Source of the DNA: Trichodelitschia bisporula
Lineage: Eukaryota
DNA length: 64,000 nucleotides
NCBI GenBank assembly: GCA_010356995.1
Contig: ML996692.1
Location: forward strand, 1 to 64,000
Direction: 5' to 3'
In this document: positions 49,074-61,348 of the stretch, piece after piece
Layout: each line of letters starts with the position of its first letter
Numbering within the stretch: position 1 is the first letter of the stretch
The notes under the pieces: generated by a model
The model's input: only the letters and a program-made list of their open reading frames with translations
Told to the model about the DNA's origin: nothing
The model's database searches: none
Program-made: the position numbers and the translations under genes

Positions 49074-50573
49074 CTATGTCCCCCCACCCAGAAGGTACTC
49101 CACCGCCCCCTGCACACTCCCCCCACTCCTCCGCAGCGCCGTAACATTCCGCTCAAACTCGCAAAACCCCATGTCGTTCAACTGCCGCAGCTGAGAAGCG
49201 TACACCTCCTCCGGCGGGCGCGTGTCCGCCACAGGAGGAGGCGTCGGCGCCGCACCACCAAATCCGCCCAGTCCACCAAGTCCACCCAGTCCGCCCAGAC
49301 CCCCGGCTCCCGCACCGCCACCAGCAAGCATCTCCCGCATCGAAGCCTGCAACTCCGGGTTGGCCATCGCTTGAGCGAGCGCCTGCGCGAAGGCATTATC
49401 CCCGCCCGCGCCTGCGCCCTGACCTTGCCCCGCCGCCGGCGCACCCGCACCACCCGGCAACCCAAACAGCCCACCAAACGGATTTGGAGCTGCGTTGTCA
49501 CCCGCACCGGCAGCCGCACCACCCGCGCCAGCCCCAGAGCCGAAGAGCGACGCAAGCGGGTTGTCGGCGGAGGCGCCGGTGCCAGGAGTGGAGGTCGTGC
49601 GCGCGGATTCTGTACCGGGAGGCGTGCCGAAGAGCGCGGCGAAGGGGTTTCCGCCGCCGGCGCCGCCGAAGAGGTTGGGGTTTGCGCCGAGGCTAGCCGG
49701 CGAGCCTGTGCCGAAGAGGTTGCCCGGCTGCGGAGGAGTGGTAGGGTCATTCCCGACGGCACCAGCTGCGCCCTGCGGCGTAGTATCCGTGACGCCAGGG
49801 GCTGGGAAGTCATCCCCGCCACTGCGCAGCGAGCGCTCCATCTGCAGCTGCATGCGGATCATATCCGGATTCAGAAACATGCGGCGGTAGGCAGGGTTGC
49901 GGAACATTTCGCGCGCGACGGGATTGTTGCGGAGCATAGGATTGTTCGCCTCCATCATCTGCATGACTTGCGGGTTATCCAGCGCCTCGTTCATCTGCTG
50001 TAGGAAGTTAGGGTCGTCCAGCATGCGCAGCAGCATGTTCATGTCCGGCGGAGGGCCCATCTGCATACGATTAGCGCGCCGGAGCATTACGAGAAGGGAG
50101 GCAAAGAAACGTACACCGCCATCGGGCCCGAACATGGACGCATTCGGCAGGCCGTGGAAGCCCGCGTAGCGCGCGCCCGTCAGGCCGGCGAGCGGATTGT
50201 TGCCCGTGCCGGCAGCGATGTTGGTCGGGACGTTGGCCGGTGGGACGGAGGTCGCGCTACTCGAGGACGCAGCGGGGTTCTGGCGCGCGTTGCTCGCGGC
50301 GCCCTTCACGAGGTGGATGGTGTGGCCGTCTTTGAGGTTGGTCGCGGCTAGTGTGTCGGGGTCCTTGAGCACTTTGCCAGAGTAGATGAGGCGTATGCGC
50401 TCCTTGGGGATGCTGGCGTAGTCGTCGCCCGAGAGCTTGGTCTTCAGGTCGGCGACGGTGGTGGTGAGAGGCAGGGTGAGGACGAATTTGGCATCACTGC
50501 CGCCTTTGACGTTGAAAGTGATTTGCGGCTCGGCGTCGGCGGTCGCATCGTCGGCAGGGTCGGCAGCGCTCAT
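49074..50573 (-). CDS. DSK2: Ubiquilin/Dsk2 (UBL-STI1-UBA) proteasome shuttle
   Basis: UBL (RLIYSGKVLKD..GHTIHLVK), Met-rich NP repeats, UBA (PPEEVYASQLRQLNDMGF..N..AL..SGGSVQGAVEYLL); one 54-nt intron. Confidence 0.95.
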   Translation of the reverse strand: MSAADPADDATADAEPQITFNVKGGSDAKFVLTLPLTTTVADLKTKLSGDDYASIPKERIRLIYSGKVLKDPDTLAATNLKDGHTIHLVKGAASNARQNPAASSSSATSVPPANVPTNIAAGTGNNPLAGLTGARYAGFHGLPNASMFGPDGGVRFFASLLVMLRRANRMQMGPPPDMNMLLRMLDDPNFLQQMNEALDNPQVMQMMEANNPMLRNNPVAREMFRNPAYRRMFLNPDMIRMQLQMERSLRSGGDDFPAPGVTDTTPQGAAGAVGNDPTTPPQPGNLFGTGSPASLGANPNLFGGAGGGNPFAALFGTPPGTESARTTSTPGTGASADNPLASLFGSGAGAGGAAAGAGDNAAPNPFGGLFGLPGGAGAPAAGQGQGAGAGGDNAFAQALAQAMANPELQASMREMLAGGGAGAGGLGGLGGLGGLGGFGGAAPTPPPVADTRPPEEVYASQLRQLNDMGFCEFERNVTALRRSGGSVQGAVEYLLGGGT

Positions 50574-50761
50574 GGTTGCGCGCGGAGGTGTTTGCGAGAG
50601 CTTGCGGAGTGTAGGCGAAGGAGACGAGCTGGCGACGAAGATTTGTGGGTGTGGACGATGAACTGGTGATGTTTGACAGGCGGTGGTGGTTGGTGGGTGA
50701 TGATGGAGGGAGAGGGGCGACTGGGGAGGACAGAGCAATGGCGTATGGGGCGCTTAGCATG

Positions 50762-50798
50762 CGCCACTTTTTGTGGCAGGAGCTCGTGGCGAGTGGCT
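50762..50798. promoter_or_regulatory. Cluster of Rpn4/PACE-like elements upstream of DSK2
   Basis: gccact (GTGGC on -), tgtggca, ggagct, cgtggcg, agtggct within ~37 bp. Confidence 0.4.
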
Positions 50799-51379
50799 AG
50801 TTTGTCCGGATTGGGGCAAACTATGGGGATAGCAAAGTTGTTGCCCGGGAATAATAAGGATTTGGGAACACACGTGGAAACCACCAGTAACGTCCCACAT
50901 GGCCTCATGAAAATAGCTATCGCATGTGTATCTCGTATAACTATGGCACCCTATAGCTCCCCTCATCACCACGAGCCCCAACGCTCCTCAACCCCCGCCC
51001 GTTCCCCCACCACGGGCCCTGACTCGCGGAACGGTCATCCAGGCCACAAGGCGCGACCCCGCAAGACAGGCTACGGTAGAGCCAAAGGGCTATCCGAACA
51101 TGTCGTGGCCACTGACGTCCGCCAAACGCCGCCGCATGGTGGCCACGACTTTTTCGCGTGGCCCTTGAGCCAGCACTCCCGCCCAAGGCTACGGCAGGTG
51201 AACCTCGGCATACCGATTTCGCACCCCAAAAGAGGCACGTAAGACCGCAAGACGACATCCATATGTAGACGCACATAATCCGCACACACATCCTCCTTCA
51301 CACCCTCAATCTTTCACCTCTCACTCCCTATACGTCTTCACCTCCCCCTCATCCCTATCTCCCCCCCAAACCACCCACC

Positions 51380-52436
51380 ATGCGCGCCATCCAAGTCTCG
51401 CAATACGTCGGCGGCCCGCAAGACCTCCGCGTAACCAGCCTCCCCGACCCCACTCCCAAGCCAAACGAATACCTAATCGCCATCCATGCCAGCGCAACGA
51501 ACTTCTTCGACCTCCTCCAGATCCGCGGCAAATACCAGCACCAACCGCCCCTCCCCTGGATCGCGGGCGCCGAGTTCGCCGGCGTCGTCCTCCGCACCCC
51601 GACCACCGGCAACCCGAAGTACAAAGTCGGCGACGCCGTCTTCGGCTCCGCACAGGGCGGGTACAGCACGCGTGTCGTCGCGAGCGAGGAGCGCCTCCGC
51701 CCGCTCCCCAAGGGCTGGGGATTTTTCGAGGCCGCGGGGCTGTTCGTTACTGCGCCGACGAGCTATGCTGCGCTGGTTACTCGCGCGGGCGTGAAGAAGG
51801 GTATTTGCTCCCCCCACATAACTGAATGATTGAAGGCTAACTCATCCAGGCGATTGGGTCCTCGTCCACGCAGCCGCAGGCGGTGTCGGCCTCGCTGCCG
51901 TGCAAATCGCCAAAGCGTTCGGTGCAACCGTAATCGCGACCGCCGGGACCGAGGCCAAACTCGCCGTCGCCAAGTCGTACGGCGCGGACTACGCGATCAA
52001 CTACCGCGACGCGGACTGGCCGGAGCAAGTCAAGAAACTCACGCCCAAGGGGCGGGGCGTGGACATCGTGTACGACCCCGTCGGCCTCATCACACAGAGC
52101 ACCAAGTGCACGGCGTGGAACGGGCGGCTGCTGGTCATTGGGTTTGCGGCGGGAGAGATTGAGAAGGTGGCGACGAATCGGGTGCTGTTGAAGAATATCT
52201 CTATCGTGGGGTTGCATTGGGGCATGTATGCTACGTATGAGCCGCAAACCGTGGAGGTGGTGTGGGACGGACTGTTCAAGTTGATGGAAGAGGGGAAGTT
52301 TCGCGGGACATGCTTTACGGATAAGGAGTATGTCGGCTTGGAGAGCGTGCCGGCGGCGTTGCAGGCGCTGGGGAGTCGTGATACGTGGGGGAAGGTGGTG
52401 GTTAAGGTACCGCAGGATGGGGAGAGCAAGATATAA
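51380..52436 (+). CDS. NADPH:quinone oxidoreductase (zeta-crystallin-like MDR)
   Basis: NFFDLLQIRGKYQ..PPLPWIAGAEFAG, G|DWVLVHAAAGGVGLAAVQIAK, GVDIVYDPVG, GRLLVIGFAAG; 1 intron. Confidence 0.93.
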
Positions 52437-52833
52437 TTCCAGTACGCCTTTATAACCGCGCGGATGCAATTGGAGATAGAAGTAAGCCATGATATCATCC
52501 ATGATATGGACATGAGGCAGGAGCATTATTATGCCAGGAAAGAGCAGTTTTTATCTGCCGGAAGGAACATTATGTAATGTGCGCATGATTGAAGGAAAGA
52601 GGATTAGGAGGATGCTTGACATCATGGTGTATTTATTCTCGAGCTTCACCTCTCTCTCTCTCTTCTCATCTTTCATCAAAACCTTCACTTTACACCGTAG
52701 CCATTGCACATATCAAGCCTATGCCTCCATTACTTTTGATCACCGGCCCATACATAACAAAATGCCGCAAACGCCCCAAAGATCACCACAACGCCCTGGC
52801 CTCATCCCTAAACCCAACATCAGTCACACACCA

Positions 52834-54321
52834 TCAACCACAAACCTCAACCGGCCTCACCTCCCTTTCCCACCTCTCCCCTCCTCCATCCCCCGCCCCA
52901 TCACCCCCAAAAGCCGAATACCCCGGCGGTCCGGCCACCCATCCCACATATCTCGGCGCAAAAACCCCCTCAACCTCCGCCTCCACCTCCCCCAAATCCA
53001 CCCCCCCATCATCCCACCCATCCACCTCCACCCTAACCGGAACCTTGACCCCCACACTCACCCCCCCAACCTCGCATTTCAAACTGACCACATACGTCCT
53101 ACTCACCAAGCAGGAATAAAACGTCGGCACCCACACCTTCTCCCTCGGCAACGCCACCGGAACAACCACAACCGCCGTATAATGCGGCACGGCCCCCTCA
53201 TACCGCTGCCACTCCACACCCCCAACCTGTCTCGCCGCAAGCTCCACCCTAGCAGCATACACCTGAGGCTGCCCGCCCCCGGCAAACCCATCTCCTCCCT
53301 CCCTCGGGAAACTCCCCTGCCGCACCACACTCGCCCCCGTCGCCGCCCTCAGCCTCGCCGTCAAAACCCCCAAGCTGGGCGGGCGGGCATCCGGTCTGCT
53401 CGGCTCAAACCGCAACCGCAGCGTAAGCACCGTCCACGGCGCCTCCCCTCCCCCCTCCCTCTCCCCACCCGGCCTCGCCACCCTAAACGGAGCCGGTGGC
53501 TCCGCGCTCATAACCAGCCGCCCGAGTCTCGAGCCCAGAAGGCCCCGCCTCAGAGCCTTCTCCACGCTCAGCCGTACGTCGCTGGCCGCCGGACCGGCGA
53601 GTGCGGGCGGGAGTGCCGGGGTCGACGGCACAATCCGGATCTTCCTCGTCGCGCTGGCAAGAACGATAGGTGGAGTCCCGGCGCGGGGCGACTCGCGGAG
53701 CAAGCGTACGGTAAGCGCATACCCGATTCTTGCCATCGCCGGCGCCAAATCATCTTTCAACACGTGCCCTGAGCCCGCAACACTCGGATCGCCCAGCGAG
53801 GGCGGGAGGAGGGTGTGCGCTGCGCTCACGGCGGGGTGGGGGCACGTGTGCTGGAGGAGGTGTGTCGGTACCACAAAGGTGAACGGGATGGCCAGGGGGC
53901 TTTCCGGGGTCAGGATCCGGGGGTGAGGGAGGGTGGAGGCGGGGATGGGCTGGGTTAGGCGCAGGAAGGTGAGGGATGCTTCTTCGCGCATGCTGCTGAG
54001 GGCGAGCCAGGTTGCTGTTGTGCCTGCGGGCGTTAGTTTGGTGGGGGGGCGGGGGGGGGGTTTGGAGGGGGACGAACCGACGAAGGCGATTTCAATCCGG
54101 TCGAAGCGCGTGTCGGCCCGAACCGACAGCGTGGCCTCGCCCTCGATGCGGTCGAGGGTCCCGAAGGTTGGTACCGGGCCGCGCGCGGGGTCGGCGTCGC
54201 CGTGGAGGGAGATGAAGACGTCTGGCCTTCCGAAGCCGGCGACGGAGCGCACGCTTGAGCCGAGCGAAGGAGCGATAAGGGAGCGACGGCTCGCGGCGAT
54301 GGTGGAGGGGGTCATGGACAT
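52834..54321 (-). CDS. Alpha-arrestin (Bul1-like) ubiquitin-ligase adaptor
   Basis: TLDRIEG, FLRLTQPI, PFTFVVP..L...C.H, HTLLPPSLGD, DDLAP.MARIGY, VPTFYSCLVSRTY, C-terminal PPGY (PY motif); one 54-nt intron. Confidence 0.85.
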   Translation of the reverse strand: MSMTPSTIAASRRSLIAPSLGSSVRSVAGFGRPDVFISLHGDADPARGPVPTFGTLDRIEGEATLSVRADTRFDRIEIAFVGSSPSKPPPRPPTKLTPAGTTATWLALSSMREEASLTFLRLTQPIPASTLPHPRILTPESPLAIPFTFVVPTHLLQHTCPHPAVSAAHTLLPPSLGDPSVAGSGHVLKDDLAPAMARIGYALTVRLLRESPRAGTPPIVLASATRKIRIVPSTPALPPALAGPAASDVRLSVEKALRRGLLGSRLGRLVMSAEPPAPFRVARPGGEREGGGEAPWTVLTLRLRFEPSRPDARPPSLGVLTARLRAATGASVVRQGSFPREGGDGFAGGGQPQVYAARVELAARQVGGVEWQRYEGAVPHYTAVVVVPVALPREKVWVPTFYSCLVSRTYVVSLKCEVGGVSVGVKVPVRVEVDGWDDGGVDLGEVEAEVEGVFAPRYVGWVAGPPGYSAFGGDGAGDGGGERWEREVRPVEVCG

Positions 54322-55414
54322 GGTTTTAGTCAGTCCGTCCGTTCAGCCTTTGGCGGGGTAAATTGGTGATAGGAATATGTGTAAGCGGGGGAGAGTGGCG
54401 GATCCGCGAGGTTTATATCACGCCCCGCATGAAGACTCACTCCTCCCTGCGGTGTGAGCGACCGGGCTGCGTGAACCGCTCCGCATCGCCAGCTCTCGTC
54501 TAGAACTAATGGCCCCGGCGTGTGGCTTCGACGAAGTCGGGGTGGTAGAGATGCCAAGGGGGACCATTGACCAGTCCTCGGTGGGTCTGGAATGGAGACG
54601 ACGGGGATGTTATGCACTTCGTAGGGCGCGTTCCATCCCCCCCTCTAGGGTGTCGATCTGCATGTTCGACTCACGCTTGATCAGAGGACTCATGGCCCTG
54701 CGACGCGTTTGTCAGCTCCATCCCGTACCTCGTACAGCGGGTAAGTTCCGGGCACCCTCGAATTGCCCAATGCGCGTCAGTATATGAAACCAGTTTGATG
54801 GGGACGGGGTAAAATAATAGCCGTGATGGAGGAATCAATAAGCCGCAGATGCCGCAATGAGATAAGAAGATGCTAACAACGGCCAAGGGGGCATCGCGTC
54901 CCATGATCCGTCAATTCCTCCCCATGAGCCCATCGTCGCCACCCTTCTCCAGTCATCGGCGTTGACTCCACACTGTGCGGTAGACGTCGCGGAGCAAAAA
55001 GAATTGCGAACATTGCTCCGGCCTGGAGTTAGTGACACCCCACAAACTCCCCCCACTAATAGCCGCGCGCACATTGGCCGCCAGCGTCCCACATCTTCCA
55101 CGCCAGCCTCGTTCCCCACCCATTAGTAATTAGCCCCCCTATTAACCATACGCCAACGCCAACGTCACTCGTAGGGCGTGCGAGGTTTTCAGAACGACAT
55201 CTCAACAACCGGAGCCGAGCCCGAGGGCCATGCGGTGTCTGCATCGGGACTCAGCGCACGCCAAAACGTGCAGAAACAACTCCGGCAATGGTTCGCGGCC
55301 CCGCTAATGGGCAATCGCTTACCTCACGTCACAGGCACAGGAGCAAGGAGGAGAGCAACGAGGTTCGCCGGAATCAATGGGTAATTGCACCTCCCTATTT
55401 TCCTCCTGTCTTTA

Positions 55415-56819
55415 CTAGGAATTCGTCGTCGTAACCCCACAACACGCCAACTCCTCGCACCGACTACTACACCGCATCTCACACGCCCCAGCACCAGGAA
55501 ACAAATCCGCCATGCTCCCCGCCGCGCTTGCCACCGTGCTCGCGAGCTCCGGCTGTATCGTCGCCGAGTGGATGCCGTACGCGTGGAGGCACTCGTTGAT
55601 CGTGCGCGCCTGCTTCTGGAACGCGTCAATGCTGGTGTTGGCGACGACGACGTGCGCGGATGCGAGGGCTTTTTCTTCGTTCAGGCGCCAGACGTGCAGT
55701 TCGTGGACTGAGACGACGCCGTCGATCTAAGGGTGTTAGCAAGGGCCGGATATCAACTAGAAAACACGCACCTTTTCCAGGTCGTGCCGGATGTCTTGCA
55801 CGTCGACGCCGGTCGGTGGGCTTTGAAGTAGGATTTGGCCGCCCTGCCTCACTGCGCACAGTCAGCACGCGCCTTACACACCTGCCCACGCAATGTACCA
55901 AGTTTCATCGCCATGAGAATGAGCACAATGCCAATCGCCATACTTGCCGCGGGATCAGCATAGAACCGCTTGGGGCTCGTCAACCGCCACATAATCAACG
56001 CCGCCAGCATCACACCCAGATTATTCGCCGCATCGCCCATGACGTGGATGAGCACGGCCTTGGTGCCCAGATCATGATGGCTGTGGCTGTGTCCATGGCC
56101 GTGGTCGTGCCCGTGGCCGTGCTCGTGCCCGTGGCCGTGCTCGTGCCCGTGCCCCTTGAAGCCTAGTTTCTTGAGCACCGCGCGCACCGGGCTGCCATGT
56201 TTCGGGGCCTGGATGCGATGCCTATGCTCATGGTGTCCCGGGTCGGCAATTGGCAGGTCTTGTAAAGGAAGGTCGCCCGGCCCGTGGTTGTGGCCGTGCT
56301 CGTGCACGCCGAGGCAGAGGCCCGAGAGGAGGTTGGAGATGACACCGGCGGCGGCGATGACGAAGATTAGGACGGGGTTGTGTACCTCTGTCTAGCGTTA
56401 GCGTCGAACCAGGCGGGTATAGATGGGAGTGGTACCTTGGATGTTGACGAAGCGCTCTAGGGATTGGAGGCAGATGCTCAGGCCTAGGGCGAGCTGGAAC
56501 ACGCCGTTGAAGAAGGAGCCTAGTAGCTGTGCGCGCTGCCAGCCGTATGTCAAGCTCTTATGGTCGCGCCCGTTTTCCGATATGATGATTGCTGTGAGGG
56601 CAACGACGTAGGTCAAGAGGTCGAAGAGGACATGGAATGCATCAGCCACCAGCGCCAACGAGCGCGTGTACAGCCCGACTACGGACCGTTAGCGGGGTGG
56701 GGCGCACGTCTAAGACCGCGCAACACACCAGATATTTCGCCGACGAAGAAGGCCGTTGAAATGCCTATGACAATCCGTAACCGTGCCTTCTTTGACAGCT
56801 TCAGCAGCGGATTCCCCAT
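55415..56819 (-). CDS. CDF-family zinc/cobalt transporter (Zrc1/Cot1-like) with His-rich loop
   Basis: SLALVADAFH, TYGWQRAQLLGSFFNG, His-rich loop, VLIHVMGDAANN, YADP, VHELHVWRL, HAYGIHSATIQPE, Cys-rich tail; 4 introns. Confidence 0.92.
56075..56153 (-). repeat. 18-bp coding repeat (HGHEHG)n in the CDF cytosolic loop
   Basis: cgtgcccgtggccgtgct units on +; peptide GHGHEHGHGHEHGHGHDHGHGHSHSHH. Confidence 0.85.
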
Positions 56820-58660
56820 TGTGACCGGAGGTGTGGAGGGCCGGGGAGGGGGGAGTGCGGGGAAGTGCGCCTTTCGCGTGGTGGTTTGCTGCTTTACGTA
56901 GCGAGGGGAAAACGCGATGGAGAGTATTCTAGCGCCGAAGGAGGAGGAGGAGGAGGAGGTAAACTCGCAGCATTTAACAATGCTCACGCAGGATCGTAGG
57001 ACGAGAAGCAGAAGACGCGCGCAAGGCAATGAGTTCCACAAGGAGCATCAATTGAGGACAGGCCATCCGTGTTTTTGTGACGATCGGGAGAGGGTGAATT
57101 GAGAATTTGTTGCAACGGGGCCAAGGAAGCGTGAAATCGCCAACGGGGCCAACGGGCGTGTGTCGGTGGGGAAGAAAATGAGCCAGAAGGCGCCCGCACC
57201 GCAGGCAGTCACGCCGTGCCACACCCATTCCTCATGCCACGAAGGGAGGTGGTTGGCCATCGGAAAGCGGCATGCGTGCATTTGCCAAGGCGGCGTGAGC
57301 GGCGTGTGGTTGGGCGGAGTGTCCTTCGCTCTCTTGCACGGAGTAATTTGACGTGAGATGGTGGACGGGGTCATTTGGGATGGGAATTTGATACAAGATC
57401 TGATCAACGGCAGCGAATTTAAGCGGGTGCGGGCATGGGATAGATTAACGCGTAGGCGGCTGCAGTCGTCAGCCTTCTCCCCCGATCTGGCTGGCCGTGT
57501 CTGGAGGAGCGATAAGATCGGTAGGGAGTCAAGAGGGCTAAGCATTCCGCGACCGGGGCCGGTGCCCCGCAGTGCCCCGCGTTTTGGGGCGGATAATTGA
57601 TGTTCCAGGTATGTGGTTGACGTGCATCGTCAGTTTTCACGATGTTGTCTCCAACCTCACTTTACAACAATCCCATTCGGTGGGCCGGTGCATGGTTCTG
57701 CCTCGAAAGCAGTTTCACGCCTTTGGCTTAGTTGTGCTGAGGGGGTAAGACTGCCGGCAATAAAGGCGCTGAGGTGGGTGGTGGATGCATGGAGAGATGG
57801 CTCGGATGCCGCCGAGTCCCGTCTTGGGCCGCCTGCAGCGAGATTGAATCAACGAATCAAAGTCCTGTGGAACTGACTTGAATATGGAAGATGGGAATGC
57901 GGAGGTCGCTGCCTGTCGAGCCTACATGCAGAGCCGATTTCTGCCTAGCCTGTTCCCTCAACCATGGGTCTCGACGATGTACCCGTAACGGACAGCAAGA
58001 AGATGTCGGAATGGAATTAGAATGGAGGCAGACGACAGTGTGGCCGTGAATAGGCAACGTGCTTATGGCATGTTGGAGCTAGGCGGCCTTTGACTGTGGC
58101 GCCTAACCCGAAGACAGGCGCTCATCTAGGAGCCAGGGCTCTGGCTTGTGTGCGTCGGCACGATTCCACGTGTAGTGGGTAGCGGGTTGCGTGTGAGATG
58201 GGGACAGACTGGAGAGATAACGGCGGCCGGATCGTGGACAGCATGGTCCCCGGGGGTTACGGCATGCCCAGCTACCATGCTCATCGTCGATCCACGTGCT
58301 CCACTCGCCCCGCACGCGTAAGGGCCTGGGAACCAGAGAATCCCTCTCTCACCCACGAGCCACGACGGCAATCCCCTGCTACAGCTTTGAAGTGTGAGTA
58401 TTCGATATATAACCATCTATCCAACTACCAATCGCCACAGTAGCACCAAACCAAGAAGCATCGACAAAAAATGCACCTCGACCAGCAACAGAAGCACCAA
58501 TACGAGAGAAGGAGAGATATGGTAACCCCGAGAATACAACCCTATTTACCCCCCCAACCGACCACTTCGTGTGAAGTCAGAATAAACGCCGTGATACCCG
58601 TCCCCTAACCTACCCCGAGCAGCACCATACCGAATGCTGAGCCGAACCACCTGCGTCTGA

Positions 58661-61348
58661 TCAACTTCCCACACCCTCCTCCTTAGCCTTCTTCTCCTCG
58701 TCCTCATCGAACAGATTGACAAACGCCCCCGCCCCCCCATCCCCACTCAACTCCCCCAGCAGCACCTCGGTCTGCGCCACCAACCTCTCAAGGGCACTCG
58801 TACACGGCCGTCCCAGACTCACTAAATCCACATTAGCCCCTTCACCCTCAAAACCTCCACTTCAAAGGCACTCACCAAGAATAACCCCATTCAACTCCTC
58901 CGCAACCGGCACCCTCCCCCTCTCCTCCAACAACTCCCTCAACGGACTCTCCCTCGGATTATCATACGCAATCAGCGCTAACGTATCCTCAAGCGCCTTC
59001 TTGACCTCCCTCCGCGGATCGCTGCTAAACTCCATCTTTAGCTCTTTGCCGTAGTCCAGCGTCTCGGCTAGCAGCCGCGAGTAGCTGTCCTTGTGCACGG
59101 GACGCCCGTGGCCGTAGCCGTTGCTGTGACTGCGGCGAACACCCCCCGCGCCCTGCCCCACGTCGTCCGATGTGTCCATTACAGTCTCCCAGTCGCCTTC
59201 GACCGGCGCTCCGCCACCGTTGCCTTGGAGTGCCCCCGGGGGCGCCCCGAGCTGTTCATCGAGCTCCATCTGGTGGTCAAAGACGTCGAATTCGTCCGTA
59301 GCGGCCGACAGCGGACGGTCACCGGTCCCCGGAACACCCCTGTGCGCTGCTGCATTCTTCTTCGCCGAAAAAGCGGGTGACGCTGAAGACGACACGCCCG
59401 TGGAAGAGTGTCCCGAGCGCTGCGGACGCGGTTCCGGCCCTACACCGGCAGCCGCATCCTGCAGCTCGGTGAGGCGGCGAATCATCTCGATGAACTTGCG
59501 GCAGCGCAGCTTGAAGTAGATGTTCTCGTTGTGGGCAAACACGCCATCGTACCACTTCTGCATGTAGCCGAGCGCCTGGTCGATGTCGCCCTCGAGGACG
59601 GCAGAGCGTATTTCTGCTGCCATTAGCTCACCGCATGTACGAAAATTGCCCAAAGAACTGACTTTGTCTCCGGATGGCGTCCACGTCTTCACCTGGCTCC
59701 AGGTCCTGCATTCCCAGTGCCACGCCGGTGCCGTGTGTCAGCGCCTGCGTTTCCTGCCGTACCTCCTCGGCAAAGGCGCGTGCTGTCTCGATGTATCCGT
59801 CGTGCGCTAGGTACTGAGCGATGAGCTTGTGGATGAGCTGGTTCTCGCTCAGTGGCGGGCTCGTCAGCGTGGACACGTTGGCGGCGTTGACTTCGTTCAT
59901 GACGATACGCCTCTCCTTCTGAATGAGATGTCAGTAAGTGAGGAAGAGGGAACCGGAGGTTGAGCAGAGTAAAGAGAGATAGGGTAGAGAGGGAAGATGA
60001 CATAAGAGATCAGGCTTTACCTGGACGAGAGTGTCAATGTCAAATATGAACGGCGTGTGGCCAAAGTTGACACGCAGTTTCTCGTTGGACTTCTTGAGTC
60101 CCACTGAGGGATAAAGCGTTGCAGTCTTGCTCGATGGAAGCGTTACCGCGTTGCCTGTCGCATGTCAGCAGCCGCGACTGCCATGTCAAGCGCAGTGCAC
60201 CTACCTAGGAGATTGCCGTTGTTCGTGAAGAAGACGCTGCCTGTGCGGAAGTTGACACCACACCCGATCACGTCCAGCATCGCATACTTCGGTCCATAGC
60301 TCTTGCCCGAAGACTGGCAGGCGAATATGTTCCCGTCGTCGCCATGATATGCCCACGAGTCCGGTTCCCACCCAGGCAGCCGGCTAAGCGTGACTTTAGG
60401 CCCGCTGAAACCGATGCTAATCAACCCCTCCTTGTTCTTCGACACCACCTCGACCTCAAAGTAGTATATGCCACACTCGCGCGGCATGGGATGGTCCGCC
60501 CGCACGGCCGCCGCTTCCTCGTGGCTCGTCTTGCTGAGCCCTATGCACCGCACCTCAAGCCCGTTATCCGATAGCTCGAGGCCGCTGGCTTTGTCTGTGT
60601 CGCTCCATCGGGAAGGCAGCGGCGAGGGCTGGTCCTCATACACGGCCGCCGGAGCAGCCCGCTCTATGATGTCGTGCGTCATGCCACGGTGCGAAGCGGG
60701 CGAGGGTTTGTGCAGGTTCACGCTGCTGCTTGACGTTGACAGCGAGCCAGCGCCCGAGGACTGGCCGGACCGAGGGTTGTCGCGCGTTGCGGCGGCGGAG
60801 GCGGCATGTTTGGCACGGTGGGCAGCCTGGAGGCGGCCGGCGAGACGTGAGCCGCGCAGGTATGAGGGGATGAGCGGATCTTTTTCGAGGGAGGGGCCCG
60901 TAGAGGTGGCGGTGCTCCACTGATTTGACGGCATGGCAGTAGATGGGAGCGACTTGGCTGACCACGAGGGGCGAGACTCGGCGTCGTGGATGCGAGAGGC
61001 AGTTCGGGAGTGTGAGTAGGAAACGGTGGAGGAAGGGGCGACGTTTGAAAGGTGTGACATGGAGCGGCTAGCTGACGCGCGGTGGTAGTGTGAGTGGAAG
61101 TTGAGAGGGTTGAAGTGGTGGTTGTGGTTGTGGTGGTGATTAGTGTAGAAGAGGTGGGGTTGTTGTTGCTGCTGCTGCGGTTGCTGCAGCGAGCTGCTGG
61201 AAGTAAGGGCACCGGATAGGACTGACGCATACGACGAACGACGCGCGATTACGGGACTAGCGGTACGGGTAGTTGGTGCGTAGGGGGGAAGCGACGAAGA
61301 TGGGCCCGTGGTGTTGCCGTGGGGAAGAGAGGTGTTGTTTGAGGACAT
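58661..61348 (-). CDS. VID30: RanBP9/10-like SPRY-LisH-CTLH-CRA protein (GID/CTLH E3 complex scaffold)
   Basis: SPRY (AVRADHPMP..CGIYYFEV, LPGWEPDSWAYHGDDG, DVIGCGVN, VNFG..PF.FDID), LisH (LIAQYLAHDGY.ETA), CTLH (IRSAVLEGDID.A, FKLRCRKFIEMI), CRA (LIAYDNP); multiple introns. Confidence 0.88.

Noticed and set aside
52531..53772. 413-aa Pro/His/Arg-rich plus-strand ORF
   Set aside because: Antisense shadow of the G-rich 3' half of the arrestin gene.
49074..61348. Apparent ubiquitin-system cluster (DSK2, arrestin, VID30-like)
   Set aside because: Common housekeeping classes interspersed with unrelated genes; no evidence of functional clustering.
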